Below the pieces are notes generated by a model. The model saw only the letters and a list, made by a program, of their open reading frames with translations, had not been told where the DNA came from and did no database searches. Source: Myxococcota bacterium (lineage in GTDB: Bacteria; Myxococcota_A; UBA796; CAJQPC01). Taken from it: 64,000 bases of DNA. The stretch covers positions 96,001-160,000 of the forward strand of contig DASCPX010000137.1 of assembly GCA_036012755.1 (NCBI GenBank). Direction: 5' to 3'. Both the position numbers and the translations under genes were made by a program. This document shows, in pieces, positions 47,489-57,153 of the stretch; positions within the stretch are counted from its first letter, which is position 1; each line of letters starts with the position of its first letter.

Positions 47489-49741
47489 TCAGTTGTCCAG
47501 CGCTCCCTGGTCGATCCAGGTAGCGATGTCCGCGCTCTCGTCCGTGGTGAACCAGCCGCTGGCGTGGTGATTCCCCTTCGTGACGAGGGCGCTCGTGGAG
47601 CTGCTGTAGGGGGTGACTGTGCCGCTGGACATGACCAGATCGTAGGAGCTCACGTCGAGGTCGCCGTCGATCCTCTCGTCACCGTGGCAGCTGTGACAGC
47701 TGGCGATCAAGATGGGCAGGACGGTGTCGTTGAAGGAGGTCGGGGGCCAGGTGGTGGCCGAGAGCTCCACGACGTTGTCGTCCTCGTTGCCGTCGGCGTC
47801 CTCTGCTCGCACCACCAGGTACCAGGTGCTGCCGTAGTCCAGGTCTTCGAACTCCGCCGAGGTCTCTCCGGGCGCCGTCGTGGACTCGGGCACCGAGAAG
47901 TCCTGCCCACCGGCGACATCTGAGAGGTAGAGGCGGTAGATCAGCTCGGATCGCGGCGTGGAGTCGTCCGAGGCCGCGGACCAGCTGGCCTGCAGGGCCG
48001 TCTCGCTGGTGGCCTCCAGCGACTCCACCCCGGCGAAGACCGGAGGCCCCTCGCCGCCGCCGCCCGCGACTCCGAAGAAGATGCTCTCGGACTCCGTGCG
48101 CGTGTTTCCGCTGAGGTCCGCCAGCCCGGCGCCGAGCCCGAGCTCGCAGAAGCTGCCCGAGGGGAGGGGGGCGAACAGCTGCAGCTCGATGGCGACGAGC
48201 TCGCTGTCGTAGCTGGGCAACAGCTGCTGATCGGCCCCGCTGCAGCTCAGGGTGATCAGCTCGGCGTCGAAGCTGCGCAGGTCCGGGGCCTCGGACAGGG
48301 CCAGTCGTGGCTGGGTGTCGGGGTCGTTGTCCGTGCTCCCGTCCCCGGGGGTCGTGCCGGTGATCCGAGGGGGTTGGCGGTCTTCAGCCGTGCCGATGGT
48401 GAGGCCCCACGATGGGACCTGCGCCTCGTTTCCGCTCAGATCCGTGGGGGTCGTGTCCAATCTCAGCAGCACCTGCTCCCCCGCTGGCAGGCCCTCGTCC
48501 GCGCTCCAGGTCAGCGTTCGCCCGTCTTCGTGCAGCTCCAGCTCTCCGAGCACCACGACGCTGTCGTACTCGACGAGCAGCCCCTCGGCGCTCAGGGAGT
48601 CGGGGTCGAGCTCCTCGTCGAAGCGAAGCTGTACCGCGGAGCCGGGCGGGACCCGCCGGGTGTCGGGGGTGGGCAGGATGGCCTCGGCCTCGGGCGCGGT
48701 GTGATCGGGCCAGGTCTGGAAGACCAGCAGGGTGGGGCCTTCCTGCGCAGCGCCGCCCTCGCTGCGGAGCCCCTCGAGCCACAGCGCGCAGCTGCGACCT
48801 TCGGTCAAGGGCAGGCGGGGCTCCAGCTCGATCATGGCCTCTTCGCTGTCGTAGGAGACCGCGGCTCCCAGTGGGGCGCAGGTGGTGTCGAGCGAGGCGC
48901 TGTCCTCGCTGACGCTGGAGGCCTGAAGCGGGGCACGGAACCAGACCTGTAGCAGCCGCTCGGGGTCGACTCCGCTCTCTCCGCTGGCGGGGCTGGAGTC
49001 AAGCACCCGGGGGCCTCGATCCCCTCCGGTCTGGAAGTCGATGCGCTGCTGGGACGCCAGGTGGTTTCCTGCCAGGTCCCGCAGGGCGCGCTCCAGCACC
49101 AGGGTGTACCCGGCCCCTTCCTGCAGCTCCTCCAGGGGTCGCAGGTAGAGCCGGGAGTCCTGCTCCGAGGCGATGATGGCGAGCTCCACGCTGCCCTCGT
49201 CCCCCTCCAGGTGCAGGCTGGCCGCGGAGAGACCGGCGACATCCAGCGGCTCTGACAGCAGGATCTCGAAGGCGCCGAGCGTGTCGACTCCCTCCGCCTG
49301 GTCCGCCGGGGTCGACAGCAGGACCTCTGGAGGGATGTGGTCCGTCGCCACGAGCGCGCCGAGGGCGCCCTGGTCGCCGCCGGGCCGGTGACAGAGGTTG
49401 CAGTCCGCGGTCGCCGGTAGCTGGTGGTCCGCTGAGCGCTGGTCTCCCAGCTGGAAGGTCACCGCACCCGCCGGGAGGCGCTCGAGGCTGTAGAAGAGCC
49501 CGAGCTCGGTGCTGGTCGCCAGGAAAGTGGTGCGGCCCGAGCTGTCGGTGAGTCTCAGCTCCGCGTCGGCCAGCGGCGAGCCTGCCTCCAGGTCCGTGAA
49601 GACCGTCCCGGAGGCGGTGAAGCCAGGGTGGCAGGCCGCGCTGCTGCAGCTGGGCGTGCCAGCGTGCACGGCGTCGAGGTCGGCGTTGCTTCCAGCGCTC
49701 AGGTCGCAACCCGCGGCGAGTACGAGCAGGGCTGGGAGCAT
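47489..49741 (-). CDS. Lipoprotein with c-type heme motifs, four Ig-like (Big_5-type) domains, FN3 and C-terminal planctomycete-type cytochrome c domain
   Basis: LAAGC; CSSAACH, CNLCH; repeated PP-V-STP/SP...SEPLD/DEELD...DLAGN/DLSGN; WSAASDD; PILIASCHSCHG...WIDQGA. Confidence 0.8.
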   Translation of the reverse strand: MLPALLVLAAGCDLSAGSNADLDAVHAGTPSCSSAACHPGFTASGTVFTDLEAGSPLADAELRLTDSSGRTTFLATSTELGLFYSLERLPAGAVTFQLGDQRSADHQLPATADCNLCHRPGGDQGALGALVATDHIPPEVLLSTPADQAEGVDTLGAFEILLSEPLDVAGLSAASLHLEGDEGSVELAIIASEQDSRLYLRPLEELQEGAGYTLVLERALRDLAGNHLASQQRIDFQTGGDRGPRVLDSSPASGESGVDPERLLQVWFRAPLQASSVSEDSASLDTTCAPLGAAVSYDSEEAMIELEPRLPLTEGRSCALWLEGLRSEGGAAQEGPTLLVFQTWPDHTAPEAEAILPTPDTRRVPPGSAVQLRFDEELDPDSLSAEGLLVEYDSVVVLGELELHEDGRTLTWSADEGLPAGEQVLLRLDTTPTDLSGNEAQVPSWGLTIGTAEDRQPPRITGTTPGDGSTDNDPDTQPRLALSEAPDLRSFDAELITLSCSGADQQLLPSYDSELVAIELQLFAPLPSGSFCELGLGAGLADLSGNTRTESESIFFGVAGGGGEGPPVFAGVESLEATSETALQASWSAASDDSTPRSELIYRLYLSDVAGGQDFSVPESTTAPGETSAEFEDLDYGSTWYLVVRAEDADGNEDDNVVELSATTWPPTSFNDTVLPILIASCHSCHGDERIDGDLDVSSYDLVMSSGTVTPYSSSTSALVTKGNHHASGWFTTDESADIATWIDQGALDN

Positions 49742-49763
49742 CGGCTCAGTATAGTGATCCGCC

Positions 49764-50780
49764 ATGGTCTCCCCTCGATCCATCGGCAGGTGGGTCCTGC
49801 CCGCCTCGGCGCTGCTGCTGACCGCCGCGGCGCCTCCCGTGGACGACGAGGCGATGGTCCACGCGCAGCGGGAGCTGATGGGCACCGGCTTCCAGGTCCG
49901 GATCCCCGTCACGGAGCAGACCCGCCTGGAGGCGGAGCGGGTCGCCGAGCTTGCCCTGGACGAGGTCGCCCGCATCGAGCGCCTGGTCTCCAGCTGGCTG
50001 GCCGACAGCCAGCTCTCAGAGGTCAACCGCCGCGCTGGAGGGACCCCTGTGCCGGTGGACGCCGAGCTCCTTGGCCTGGTCCGGCGGGCCTTGGAGATCT
50101 GCAACCAGACCGGTGGGCTCTTCGACATCACCTATCGGCCGCTGGCGGCCGTCTGGGAGCTGTCGGCCGAGCCCTTCGTCCTGCCCGAGCCAGCCCTGGT
50201 CGCCGCTGCCCGCGACAAGGTCGACTGCAGCAAGGTCGAGGTGGACGAGGGAGCCTCGACCCTGCGCCTGGCAGAGGAGGGCATGTCCATCGGCCTGGGC
50301 GGCATCGCGAAGGGCTACGCGGTCGATCGGGCCTCTGCGTTGCTCTGGAGTGAGGGCTTCATCGACAGCCTCGTGGATGGGGGCGGGGACGTCCTCGCCC
50401 GAGGCAGACCCGCAGACCGCAGCTGGCTCGTGGGTGTGCAGCATCCCCGGGAGCCGCTGGGCACGCCGCTGGCCCAGGTCGCGCTGGAGGATCGGGCTCT
50501 GGTGACCTCTGGCGACTACCTGCGCTTCGCCATGCACGAGGGCACCCGCTACCACCACATCCTGGATCCCCGCACGGGCCAGCCGGCTCGCGGGTTGATC
50601 TCGGTGAGCGTCCTCGACGCCTCTGCCGAGCGCGCCGACGCCCTGGCCACGGCCCTGTTCGTGGCGGGGCCGGAGGGGGCCCTCGAGCTCCTCGGGCAGC
50701 TCCCGGAGGTGGACGCGCTGTTGGTGATCGAGGGGGGCGAGCTCTCGATGACCGAGGGCTTCGCGGCGACGATGCAGTGA
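49764..50780 (+). CDS. apbE: FAD:protein FMN transferase
   Basis: LMGT, GLFDIT, GLGGIAKGYAVD, GGD, TSGDY, HHILDPRTG, ADALATA. Confidence 0.95.
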   Translation: MVSPRSIGRWVLPASALLLTAAAPPVDDEAMVHAQRELMGTGFQVRIPVTEQTRLEAERVAELALDEVARIERLVSSWLADSQLSEVNRRAGGTPVPVDAELLGLVRRALEICNQTGGLFDITYRPLAAVWELSAEPFVLPEPALVAAARDKVDCSKVEVDEGASTLRLAEEGMSIGLGGIAKGYAVDRASALLWSEGFIDSLVDGGGDVLARGRPADRSWLVGVQHPREPLGTPLAQVALEDRALVTSGDYLRFAMHEGTRYHHILDPRTGQPARGLISVSVLDASAERADALATALFVAGPEGALELLGQLPEVDALLVIEGGELSMTEGFAATMQ

Positions 50781-50784
50781 GTCG

Positions 50785-51006
50785 CTACGCCGCTCTGCGC
50801 GACTCGCTCGAGAGGTCTACGACAAGGGCGAAGGGACCTTGGGCCGCCTCCAGGGATCGAAGCTCCGAGGCCGAGCTCAGCTCGAAGACCTCGTAGCCCT
50901 GCTTCTGGAGACGAAGTCGTGAGATCGCCCGCTGGCTCGCCAGGGGGTGGACGACACAAGCTCGCTTCTGAGGCGGCTGCACGAGCCGCAGGACGCGTTG
51001 GATCAT
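50785..51006 (-). CDS. Small hypothetical protein, possibly a degenerate receiver-domain fragment
   Basis: LQKQGYEVFEL...FALVVDL resembles receiver beta2/beta3; fills the gap. Confidence 0.35.
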   Translation of the reverse strand: MIQRVLRLVQPPQKRACVVHPLASQRAISRLRLQKQGYEVFELSSASELRSLEAAQGPFALVVDLSSESRRAA

Positions 51007-51095
51007 TCTGGGTGCGCTCCGGGGAAGGGCCTCTTGGCTCGGGTTCCTCCAGTGATGGAAGCGGAATCCGCGGTCGTTGACGTTAGGGTGGTGAG

Positions 51096-52913
51096 GTGAT
51101 CTGGCTGTTGCTGGCCTGCAAGGGCGATCCGACGCAGGACTCTCAGGGAGGCCTCGAGCCGATCTGCGTGGACGACGCCAGCTGGAGCGCCGGGACCCGG
51201 GCCTTCACCAACGCGACCGAGTCCTGGGAGCTCGACAGCCTCGCCGCGACCGGCATCCGCATCAGCGCCGTCGACTTCGACGGAGACGGGTGGACCGACC
51301 TCGTCGTGCGCGGGGGCCACGGCGTCGACTCGTCCTCCAGGAACACCTGGCTCCTGCGGAACACGGGCGAGAGGTCCTTCGAGGACGTCACCGGGGAGCT
51401 GCCGAGCCGCTCTGGGGCAGTTCGGGAAGGCGCCAACTGGGTCTTTGCGGACGTCGACGGTGACGGCGATCTCGACGCCTTCTCCGGGCTCGCCGACTCC
51501 GATGGGTCTCTGGAGCCCGAGACCAGCGAGATCCTGTTGAACGACGGGACCGGTGTCTTCAGCCTCGGCTCAGAGGACCTCGAGCTGCGGCGAGGCAGCG
51601 GAGACATGCCCTACGGCGCCGCCTTTGCGGACGTCGACGGGGACGGACACGTCGACCTCTGGGTCACCGAGTACCCCAGCTCCAACTACCAGACCGACCG
51701 CTTCTATGCGGGGGACGGGGCTGGCGGCTTCACCGACCTCACGAAGGACCGCGGGCTCAAGACCATCGCCTGGAGCGCCGTGAGCGACCTCAACGCCGGC
51801 CTCGGTCACAGCGTCGCCTGGTCCGCGCTCGCCTGCGACCTCGACGACGACGGCCGCCCCGAGCTGCTCGCCTCCAGCTATGGCCGAGCGCCCAACCACC
51901 TCTGGCACAACGACGGCACCGGCCACTTCGAGAACGTCTCGGTCTCCAGCGGCTACGCCTACGACGAGCGCACCGACTGGAGCGACAACGAGTCGGCTCG
52001 ATGCTGGTGCAAGCTGCATCCCGACGACGATGACTGCGAGGGCGTGCCCGAGCCGGAGCGGATCGCCTGCAACACCGACAGCGACGCCTTCCGGTGGAGC
52101 CACTCCAGCGATCGCGAGGCCTACCGGCTGGGGGGCAACAGCGGGGCCACGATGTGCGGCGACGTGGACAACGACGGCCTCGCCGATCTCCTCACCACCG
52201 AGATCGTGCACTGGGACGGGGGCTCCAGCTCGGACCCGGCCGAGCTGCTGTTCAACGCTGGTGACGTGGTCTTCGAGCGGCCTGGCAACGAGGTGACGGG
52301 GCTGGTCCGCGAGCACGACCGGGTCGACTGGAACGACGGGGACATCACGGGCTCGCTCTTCGACTTCGACAACGACGGCTGGCTCGACGTCTACATCGGA
52401 GACAGCGACTACCCGGACAGCCGCGGGCGCCTCTGGCGGCAGACCGCCCCTCGACAGTTCGAGGGCGTGCCCATCGAGGACGGCATCGACCACTTCCGCT
52501 CCCATGGCTCCGCTGTGGCTGACTTCGACCGCGACGGGGACCTCGACATCGCGGTCGGCCACTCGGGCGCCCGCTGCGACTCGGACTGCTACGACGAGAT
52601 GCACGTGCGCATGTTCGAGAACCAGCTCGGCGGCAACTTCGTCCAGCTCCGGCTGAGAGCCACGACCGGCTCGAACTCCGCGGCCATCGGGGCCAGGGTG
52701 CGCCTGACGACCGGGTTCACCCAGACCCACGAGGTCACCGGAGGCCACGGTCAGTGGGGCGCCCAGGACGACCTCGTGGTGCACTTCGGCATGGGCGAGG
52801 CCTGCACGGGCGCCCTCGAGGTCCGCTGGCCCTCGGGCGACGTCGAGACCTTCGACGTGATGAGCGGCTACCTCTACGAGGTCGTCGAGGGCGAGGGCGC
52901 GATCATCCCGTGA
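51096..52913 (+). CDS. CRTAC1-family protein (FG-GAP repeats + ASPIC/UnbV), lipoprotein
   Basis: Repeated DFDGDGWTDL/DVDGDGDLD; NSAAIGARV, VHFGMG, EVRWPSG. Confidence 0.9.
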   Translation: MIWLLLACKGDPTQDSQGGLEPICVDDASWSAGTRAFTNATESWELDSLAATGIRISAVDFDGDGWTDLVVRGGHGVDSSSRNTWLLRNTGERSFEDVTGELPSRSGAVREGANWVFADVDGDGDLDAFSGLADSDGSLEPETSEILLNDGTGVFSLGSEDLELRRGSGDMPYGAAFADVDGDGHVDLWVTEYPSSNYQTDRFYAGDGAGGFTDLTKDRGLKTIAWSAVSDLNAGLGHSVAWSALACDLDDDGRPELLASSYGRAPNHLWHNDGTGHFENVSVSSGYAYDERTDWSDNESARCWCKLHPDDDDCEGVPEPERIACNTDSDAFRWSHSSDREAYRLGGNSGATMCGDVDNDGLADLLTTEIVHWDGGSSSDPAELLFNAGDVVFERPGNEVTGLVREHDRVDWNDGDITGSLFDFDNDGWLDVYIGDSDYPDSRGRLWRQTAPRQFEGVPIEDGIDHFRSHGSAVADFDRDGDLDIAVGHSGARCDSDCYDEMHVRMFENQLGGNFVQLRLRATTGSNSAAIGARVRLTTGFTQTHEVTGGHGQWGAQDDLVVHFGMGEACTGALEVRWPSGDVETFDVMSGYLYEVVEGEGAIIP

Positions 52914-53599
52914 TCACCTGGCTGATCGCATGCACGACACAGGCGGGCGAGTTCGTCACTGGCCCTGCGGAGCCGGTGGTCGAAGAGAGCCAGCCGATCG
53001 AATCCAGACCGGACTCCGAGGCCCCGAGCTTCGCCTCCTCCTCCGACCCGTTGACCCAGGACGAGAAGGACGCGATGACCGGGGTCACGTGGAACGAAGG
53101 CTGTCCGGTCCCCCTCGACGATCTCGTGGCGCTGCGGCCGAGCCACTGGGACATGGAGGGTCGGGTCCAGACCGGCGAGCTCGTCGTGGCCGAGGTGCGC
53201 GTGGCGGAGCTCGAGACCGTCTTCGCCGCCCTCTTCGAGGCTCGCTTCCCGATCCGCTCGATGCGCCCTGCCAGGGACTTCGGCGGCTCCGACGACGCCT
53301 CGATGGAGGCGGACAACACCTCTGCCTTCAACTGCCGAACGACGACGGGCGGATCCTCGTGGAGCCAGCACAGCTACGGCCACGCCATCGACATCAACCC
53401 GGTGGAGAACCCCTACGTCAGCGGCTCGCTGGTCCTGCCCCCTGCGGGTGCGGCCTACACGGAGCGTGACCCGGAGGTGCCGGGCCTCATCGTCGAGGGC
53501 GATGTCGTCACCGCGGCCTTCTCTGCCATCGGCTGGGGCTGGGGTGGCGACTGGTCGAGCCTGAAGGATTACCAGCACTTCTCTTCCACCGGCCTGTGA
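52910..53599 (+). CDS. M15-family metallopeptidase (D-Ala-D-Ala carboxypeptidase / endolysin-like)
   Basis: NTSAFNCR, SQHSYGHAIDINP, WGWGGDW, KDYQHF. Confidence 0.9.
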   Translation: MITWLIACTTQAGEFVTGPAEPVVEESQPIESRPDSEAPSFASSSDPLTQDEKDAMTGVTWNEGCPVPLDDLVALRPSHWDMEGRVQTGELVVAEVRVAELETVFAALFEARFPIRSMRPARDFGGSDDASMEADNTSAFNCRTTTGGSSWSQHSYGHAIDINPVENPYVSGSLVLPPAGAAYTERDPEVPGLIVEGDVVTAAFSAIGWGWGGDWSSLKDYQHFSSTGL

Positions 53600-53654
53600 T
53601 GGGTCGGCTCTCCCCTCGCACCGCCGTTATGATGCGTCGTCCCACGGGGTAGCA

Positions 53655-55160
53655 ATGCAGACCGGCACCGTCGCCGACCAGCCCATCATCGAGCTCCTCT
53701 GCAGCCTCGCGGCCCAGAAGGCCAACGGCCGGCTGGAGGTCCGAAACGACAACCGGCGTCGGGCCTTCTACTTCGAGGGCGGTCGCCTCTCGCTCACCAA
53801 GAGCAACCTCAAGAGCGAGTCGATGGATCGGCTGAAGGAGCGCCACCCGGACTCGGGCACCGAGGCGCTGCTGAAGCGCCAGGCCCAGCTGAGGCTGCGC
53901 AACGTCGTGCGGTTGTCCGAGGGCGAGTGGGAGTTCGTGGCCAACGTCGCCCCCAAGGATCGGAGGCCCTTCGATCTCATCGGCGGGTGCTGGCTGCTCA
54001 TCCAGCACGAGCTGCCTGAGGAGTGCATCGACGCGCGGCTGGTCGGTCACGACGACCGCTTTCCGCGCCGCTCGGAGACCGGAGTGCCCCTCGACCGACT
54101 GCCGCTCGGCTCGGAGCTGAAGGACATGCTCCGCGAGCTCGACGGCACCCGCACCCTCGAGGACATCATCGACTTCGCCCCCGCCGATCCGAAGGACGCC
54201 CGCAAGGCGCTCTACCTCGGCCTCATCTGCGGTTGCGTCAGCTTCGACGAGGAGGGGCACTTCTCGGAGGTCCGCGCGACCGGCACAGAGAGCGAAGACG
54301 AGCCCTCGTTCTCGATCTCGGACCTCATCGCCGGGGCGGTCGGTGGAGCCGTCGACAAGCCTCCGGACGAGGAGCCCACGCTCACCGTAGACCCCGGCGC
54401 CGAGCCGGAGATCCAGAGGCTGCGCCAGGAGCTGGTGCGGGTGAAGAAGGCCGAGGACGCATTCGAGGCCCTGGGGATCCACTGGGACGCCAGCGAGGCC
54501 GAGTACCGCAAGGCCTACTTCGCCCTCGCGCGGGATGTCCACCCCGACCGCTGGGCCACCCAGTCCGGCGACCTCCAGGAGCTCGCGAGCGAGGTGCTGG
54601 CCCGCCTCAACGAACACTGGGAGAAGGTCTCCGATTCGGACCGCCGAAAGGCCTACGTCGACAGCGTGATCCACGGCATCAAGACCGAGGACGAGCTCGC
54701 GATGGAGAAGGTGCGGGCCATCCTCGACGCAGAGGACCGCTTCAAGCAGGGCCTGGCGCTACACCACCGCGGTGACGTCGTGCGCTCCCACGAGATCTTC
54801 CGGGAGATCTTCGAGATGGTGCCGGAAGAGGCCGAGTTCCGCGCCTACTACGGCTACACGACCTTCAAGCTGAACTGGGCCAACAACAAGGAAAAGGCCC
54901 AGGAAGGCGTGACCATGATCAAGGCCGCCATCGACGATCACGTGAAGCTCGACTCCGGGTGGGTGCTGCTCGGCCTCGTCTTCCGCACGACAGGTCAGCA
55001 CAAGAAGGCCCTCAGCGCCTTCAAGCGGGCGCTCGAGATGAACCCCGCGAACACCGAGGGTGTGCGCGAGTATCGACGCTCCATGCGCGACGTCGCGGAC
55101 GAGAAGAAGAAGGACGAGGGCGGCAAGGGTCTCTTCGGGCGGTTCTTCGGGAAGAAGTGA
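53655..55160 (+). CDS. DUF4388-like + DnaJ (HPD) + TPR protein
   Basis: GRLEVR...FYFEGG; FEALGI...RKAYFALARDVHPDR; C-terminal TPRs. Confidence 0.85.
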   Translation: MQTGTVADQPIIELLCSLAAQKANGRLEVRNDNRRRAFYFEGGRLSLTKSNLKSESMDRLKERHPDSGTEALLKRQAQLRLRNVVRLSEGEWEFVANVAPKDRRPFDLIGGCWLLIQHELPEECIDARLVGHDDRFPRRSETGVPLDRLPLGSELKDMLRELDGTRTLEDIIDFAPADPKDARKALYLGLICGCVSFDEEGHFSEVRATGTESEDEPSFSISDLIAGAVGGAVDKPPDEEPTLTVDPGAEPEIQRLRQELVRVKKAEDAFEALGIHWDASEAEYRKAYFALARDVHPDRWATQSGDLQELASEVLARLNEHWEKVSDSDRRKAYVDSVIHGIKTEDELAMEKVRAILDAEDRFKQGLALHHRGDVVRSHEIFREIFEMVPEEAEFRAYYGYTTFKLNWANNKEKAQEGVTMIKAAIDDHVKLDSGWVLLGLVFRTTGQHKKALSAFKRALEMNPANTEGVREYRRSMRDVADEKKKDEGGKGLFGRFFGKK

Positions 55161-56257
55161 GCGACCTCTACGTCAACAGCGTGCTCTTCCACCTCGAGCC
55201 CGTCCGGCGGTTGCTCGACGACGACCGGGTGAGCGAGGTCCTCGTAAACGGACCCGACGAGATCTGGGCGGAGAAGGACGGCAAGCTCATCCTCGTCAAG
55301 GGGCTCTCCTTCGGCGGAGAGGAGGAGCTGCAGGCCGCTTGCATCAACCTCGCCCAGTACAACCAGAAGTGCCTGGACGAGGAGAACCCCCGGTGCGACG
55401 GGCTGTTGCCCGACGGGAGTCGCATCCACATCGTCTTGCCGCCGGTGACAGAGCGCATCCACCTGGCGATACGGAAGTTCCAGTCCAAGACATTCGGGCT
55501 CAAGGATCTGATATCGCTCAACTTCCTGACAGAGGACGCCGCCCGGTTCCTCAAGGTCGCGACGCTGATGCAGAAGAACGTCATCGTCAGCGGCGGCACC
55601 TCCTCGGGCAAGACCACGCTGTTGAACGTCCTGTCGTCCTTCCTGGGCGATGACGAGCGCATCGTCCTGTTGGAGGACTCCAGCGAGCTCCAGCTACGCA
55701 ACCGCCACGTCGTCGCCATGGCGACCAGGCCCCCCGACCTCCACGGGCGCGGAGAGGTCACCATGCGCGACCTGTTGCACTCGACGCTGCGACTGCGCCC
55801 CGACCGCATCCTCGTCGGCGAGGTCCGCGGCCCAGAGGCCCTCGACCTGCTCAACGCCCTGAACTCCGGCCACGGCGGCACGATGACCTCGCTGCACGCG
55901 AACACGCCCCGGCAGGCGCTGGCCAAGCTGGAGACCCTCTGCCTGTTCGCTGGAGAGGACGTCCCGGCCCGCGGCATCCGCACGGCCATCGCCTCGGCGG
56001 TCGACGTCGTCGTGCAGTGCACCCGGCTTCGGGACGGCACCCGTCGGATCAGCTCCATCGCAGAGGTGGGCGACAACGTCGATCAGCACGGGAACTACGG
56101 TGTCACCGAGCTGTTCGCGCTGAAGGCGGGTGGCCTGGATGCCTTCGGGAAGATCATCGGCAGGCTGCACGGCAAGGGGATCCTGCCCTCCTTCTACGAA
56201 GACGCGATCGCCCGGGGTTGGGTCATCAAGAAGGTCGCCTTCGACATCCGCGAGTGA
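55157..56257 (+). CDS. cpaF: CpaF/TadA-family ATPase (stand-alone paralog)
   Basis: SEVLVNG, LPDGSRI, GGTSSGKTT, LRLRPDRILVGEVRG, NSGHGG...SLHAN. Confidence 0.9.
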   Translation: MSDLYVNSVLFHLEPVRRLLDDDRVSEVLVNGPDEIWAEKDGKLILVKGLSFGGEEELQAACINLAQYNQKCLDEENPRCDGLLPDGSRIHIVLPPVTERIHLAIRKFQSKTFGLKDLISLNFLTEDAARFLKVATLMQKNVIVSGGTSSGKTTLLNVLSSFLGDDERIVLLEDSSELQLRNRHVVAMATRPPDLHGRGEVTMRDLLHSTLRLRPDRILVGEVRGPEALDLLNALNSGHGGTMTSLHANTPRQALAKLETLCLFAGEDVPARGIRTAIASAVDVVVQCTRLRDGTRRISSIAEVGDNVDQHGNYGVTELFALKAGGLDAFGKIIGRLHGKGILPSFYEDAIARGWVIKKVAFDIRE

Positions 56258-57153
56258 TGCTGCTCCTCCTCGCCAGCGCGCTCGCCACCCAGCTGACCTA
56301 CGACCACGCGCCTTGTCCGGTCGGCGAGGACGACCACGCCCGCGTCTACTCCAAGCTCGCGGCGAACCAGATCGGTGGCTGGGACTCCGACCTCGCCCGC
56401 TACTCGAGCGAAGGCCAGTGGCGGGAGTACGCCATCGCCACCTGCCGCGACTCCTTGTTCTCGGTCTACTCCGGGGACATGGGCATGATCCTCGACGCGG
56501 ACGACAAGCGGGCCATCGAGAAGCGCCTCAAGCAGCTTCGGCGGGGTGTCGACGTCGACACCTTGGAGGTGTGGGATCGCTACCTGCTGGCGGTCGAGGT
56601 CTACAGGCTGCTCGGGCGGGATGCGCTGTTCCTCGCACAGATCTACCTGGAGGCGAGCTGGACCGCGCGTGACCGCGTGGTGGGTGTCTACGCGGGGCTG
56701 GAGGGCCCTACGGACGCTCGCGACATCCTGGACGCGGGCGCGCTCGAGCTCGACAAGGTGCTCGACGATCACACGCGGAAGATCGTCTTGCACAACATGG
56801 CTAGGGTCGCCCACCGGGGTGGATGGCCGAAGGAGCGGGACGCCCACCTCACCGCCTTCGAGGCCGTCGGAGACCTCGACGAGGACGAGGCGCGAGTGCT
56901 GAAGGAGTTCCACTGGATCGTGGACGAGGTCGAGCCGCGGCTGCAGGACCTGGCCCTGACCGAGCTGGGGGCCTATCTCGAGACCGCGCCAGAGGGACAC
57001 GAGCGTGTCCGTGCCACCTACCTCATGGCCGACCTGCTGCGCCGCCGAGGACGCCTGGAAGAGGCCCGGCGCGGCTTCCTGCTCGTGGCAGAGAACCCAG
57101 AGGCCCCGGCGGAGTACAAGGACCTCGCGACCTGGCTCGGGGACAACGGCTGA
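56257..57153 (+). CDS. Exported helical/TPR-like hypothetical protein (DUF2225-like)
   Basis: MLLLLASALA; CPVG...GWDSDL; YLEASW; YLMADLLRRRG; TGATG coupling. Confidence 0.7.
   Translation: MLLLLASALATQLTYDHAPCPVGEDDHARVYSKLAANQIGGWDSDLARYSSEGQWREYAIATCRDSLFSVYSGDMGMILDADDKRAIEKRLKQLRRGVDVDTLEVWDRYLLAVEVYRLLGRDALFLAQIYLEASWTARDRVVGVYAGLEGPTDARDILDAGALELDKVLDDHTRKIVLHNMARVAHRGGWPKERDAHLTAFEAVGDLDEDEARVLKEFHWIVDEVEPRLQDLALTELGAYLETAPEGHERVRATYLMADLLRRRGRLEEARRGFLLVAENPEAPAEYKDLATWLGDNG

Noticed and set aside
44144..49741. Other YG dipeptides (AYG, DYG) in the Ig-repeat and DUF3570 proteins as splicease targets
   Set aside because: They lie within folded domains and are expected by chance; only the small lipoprotein has a precursor-like context.
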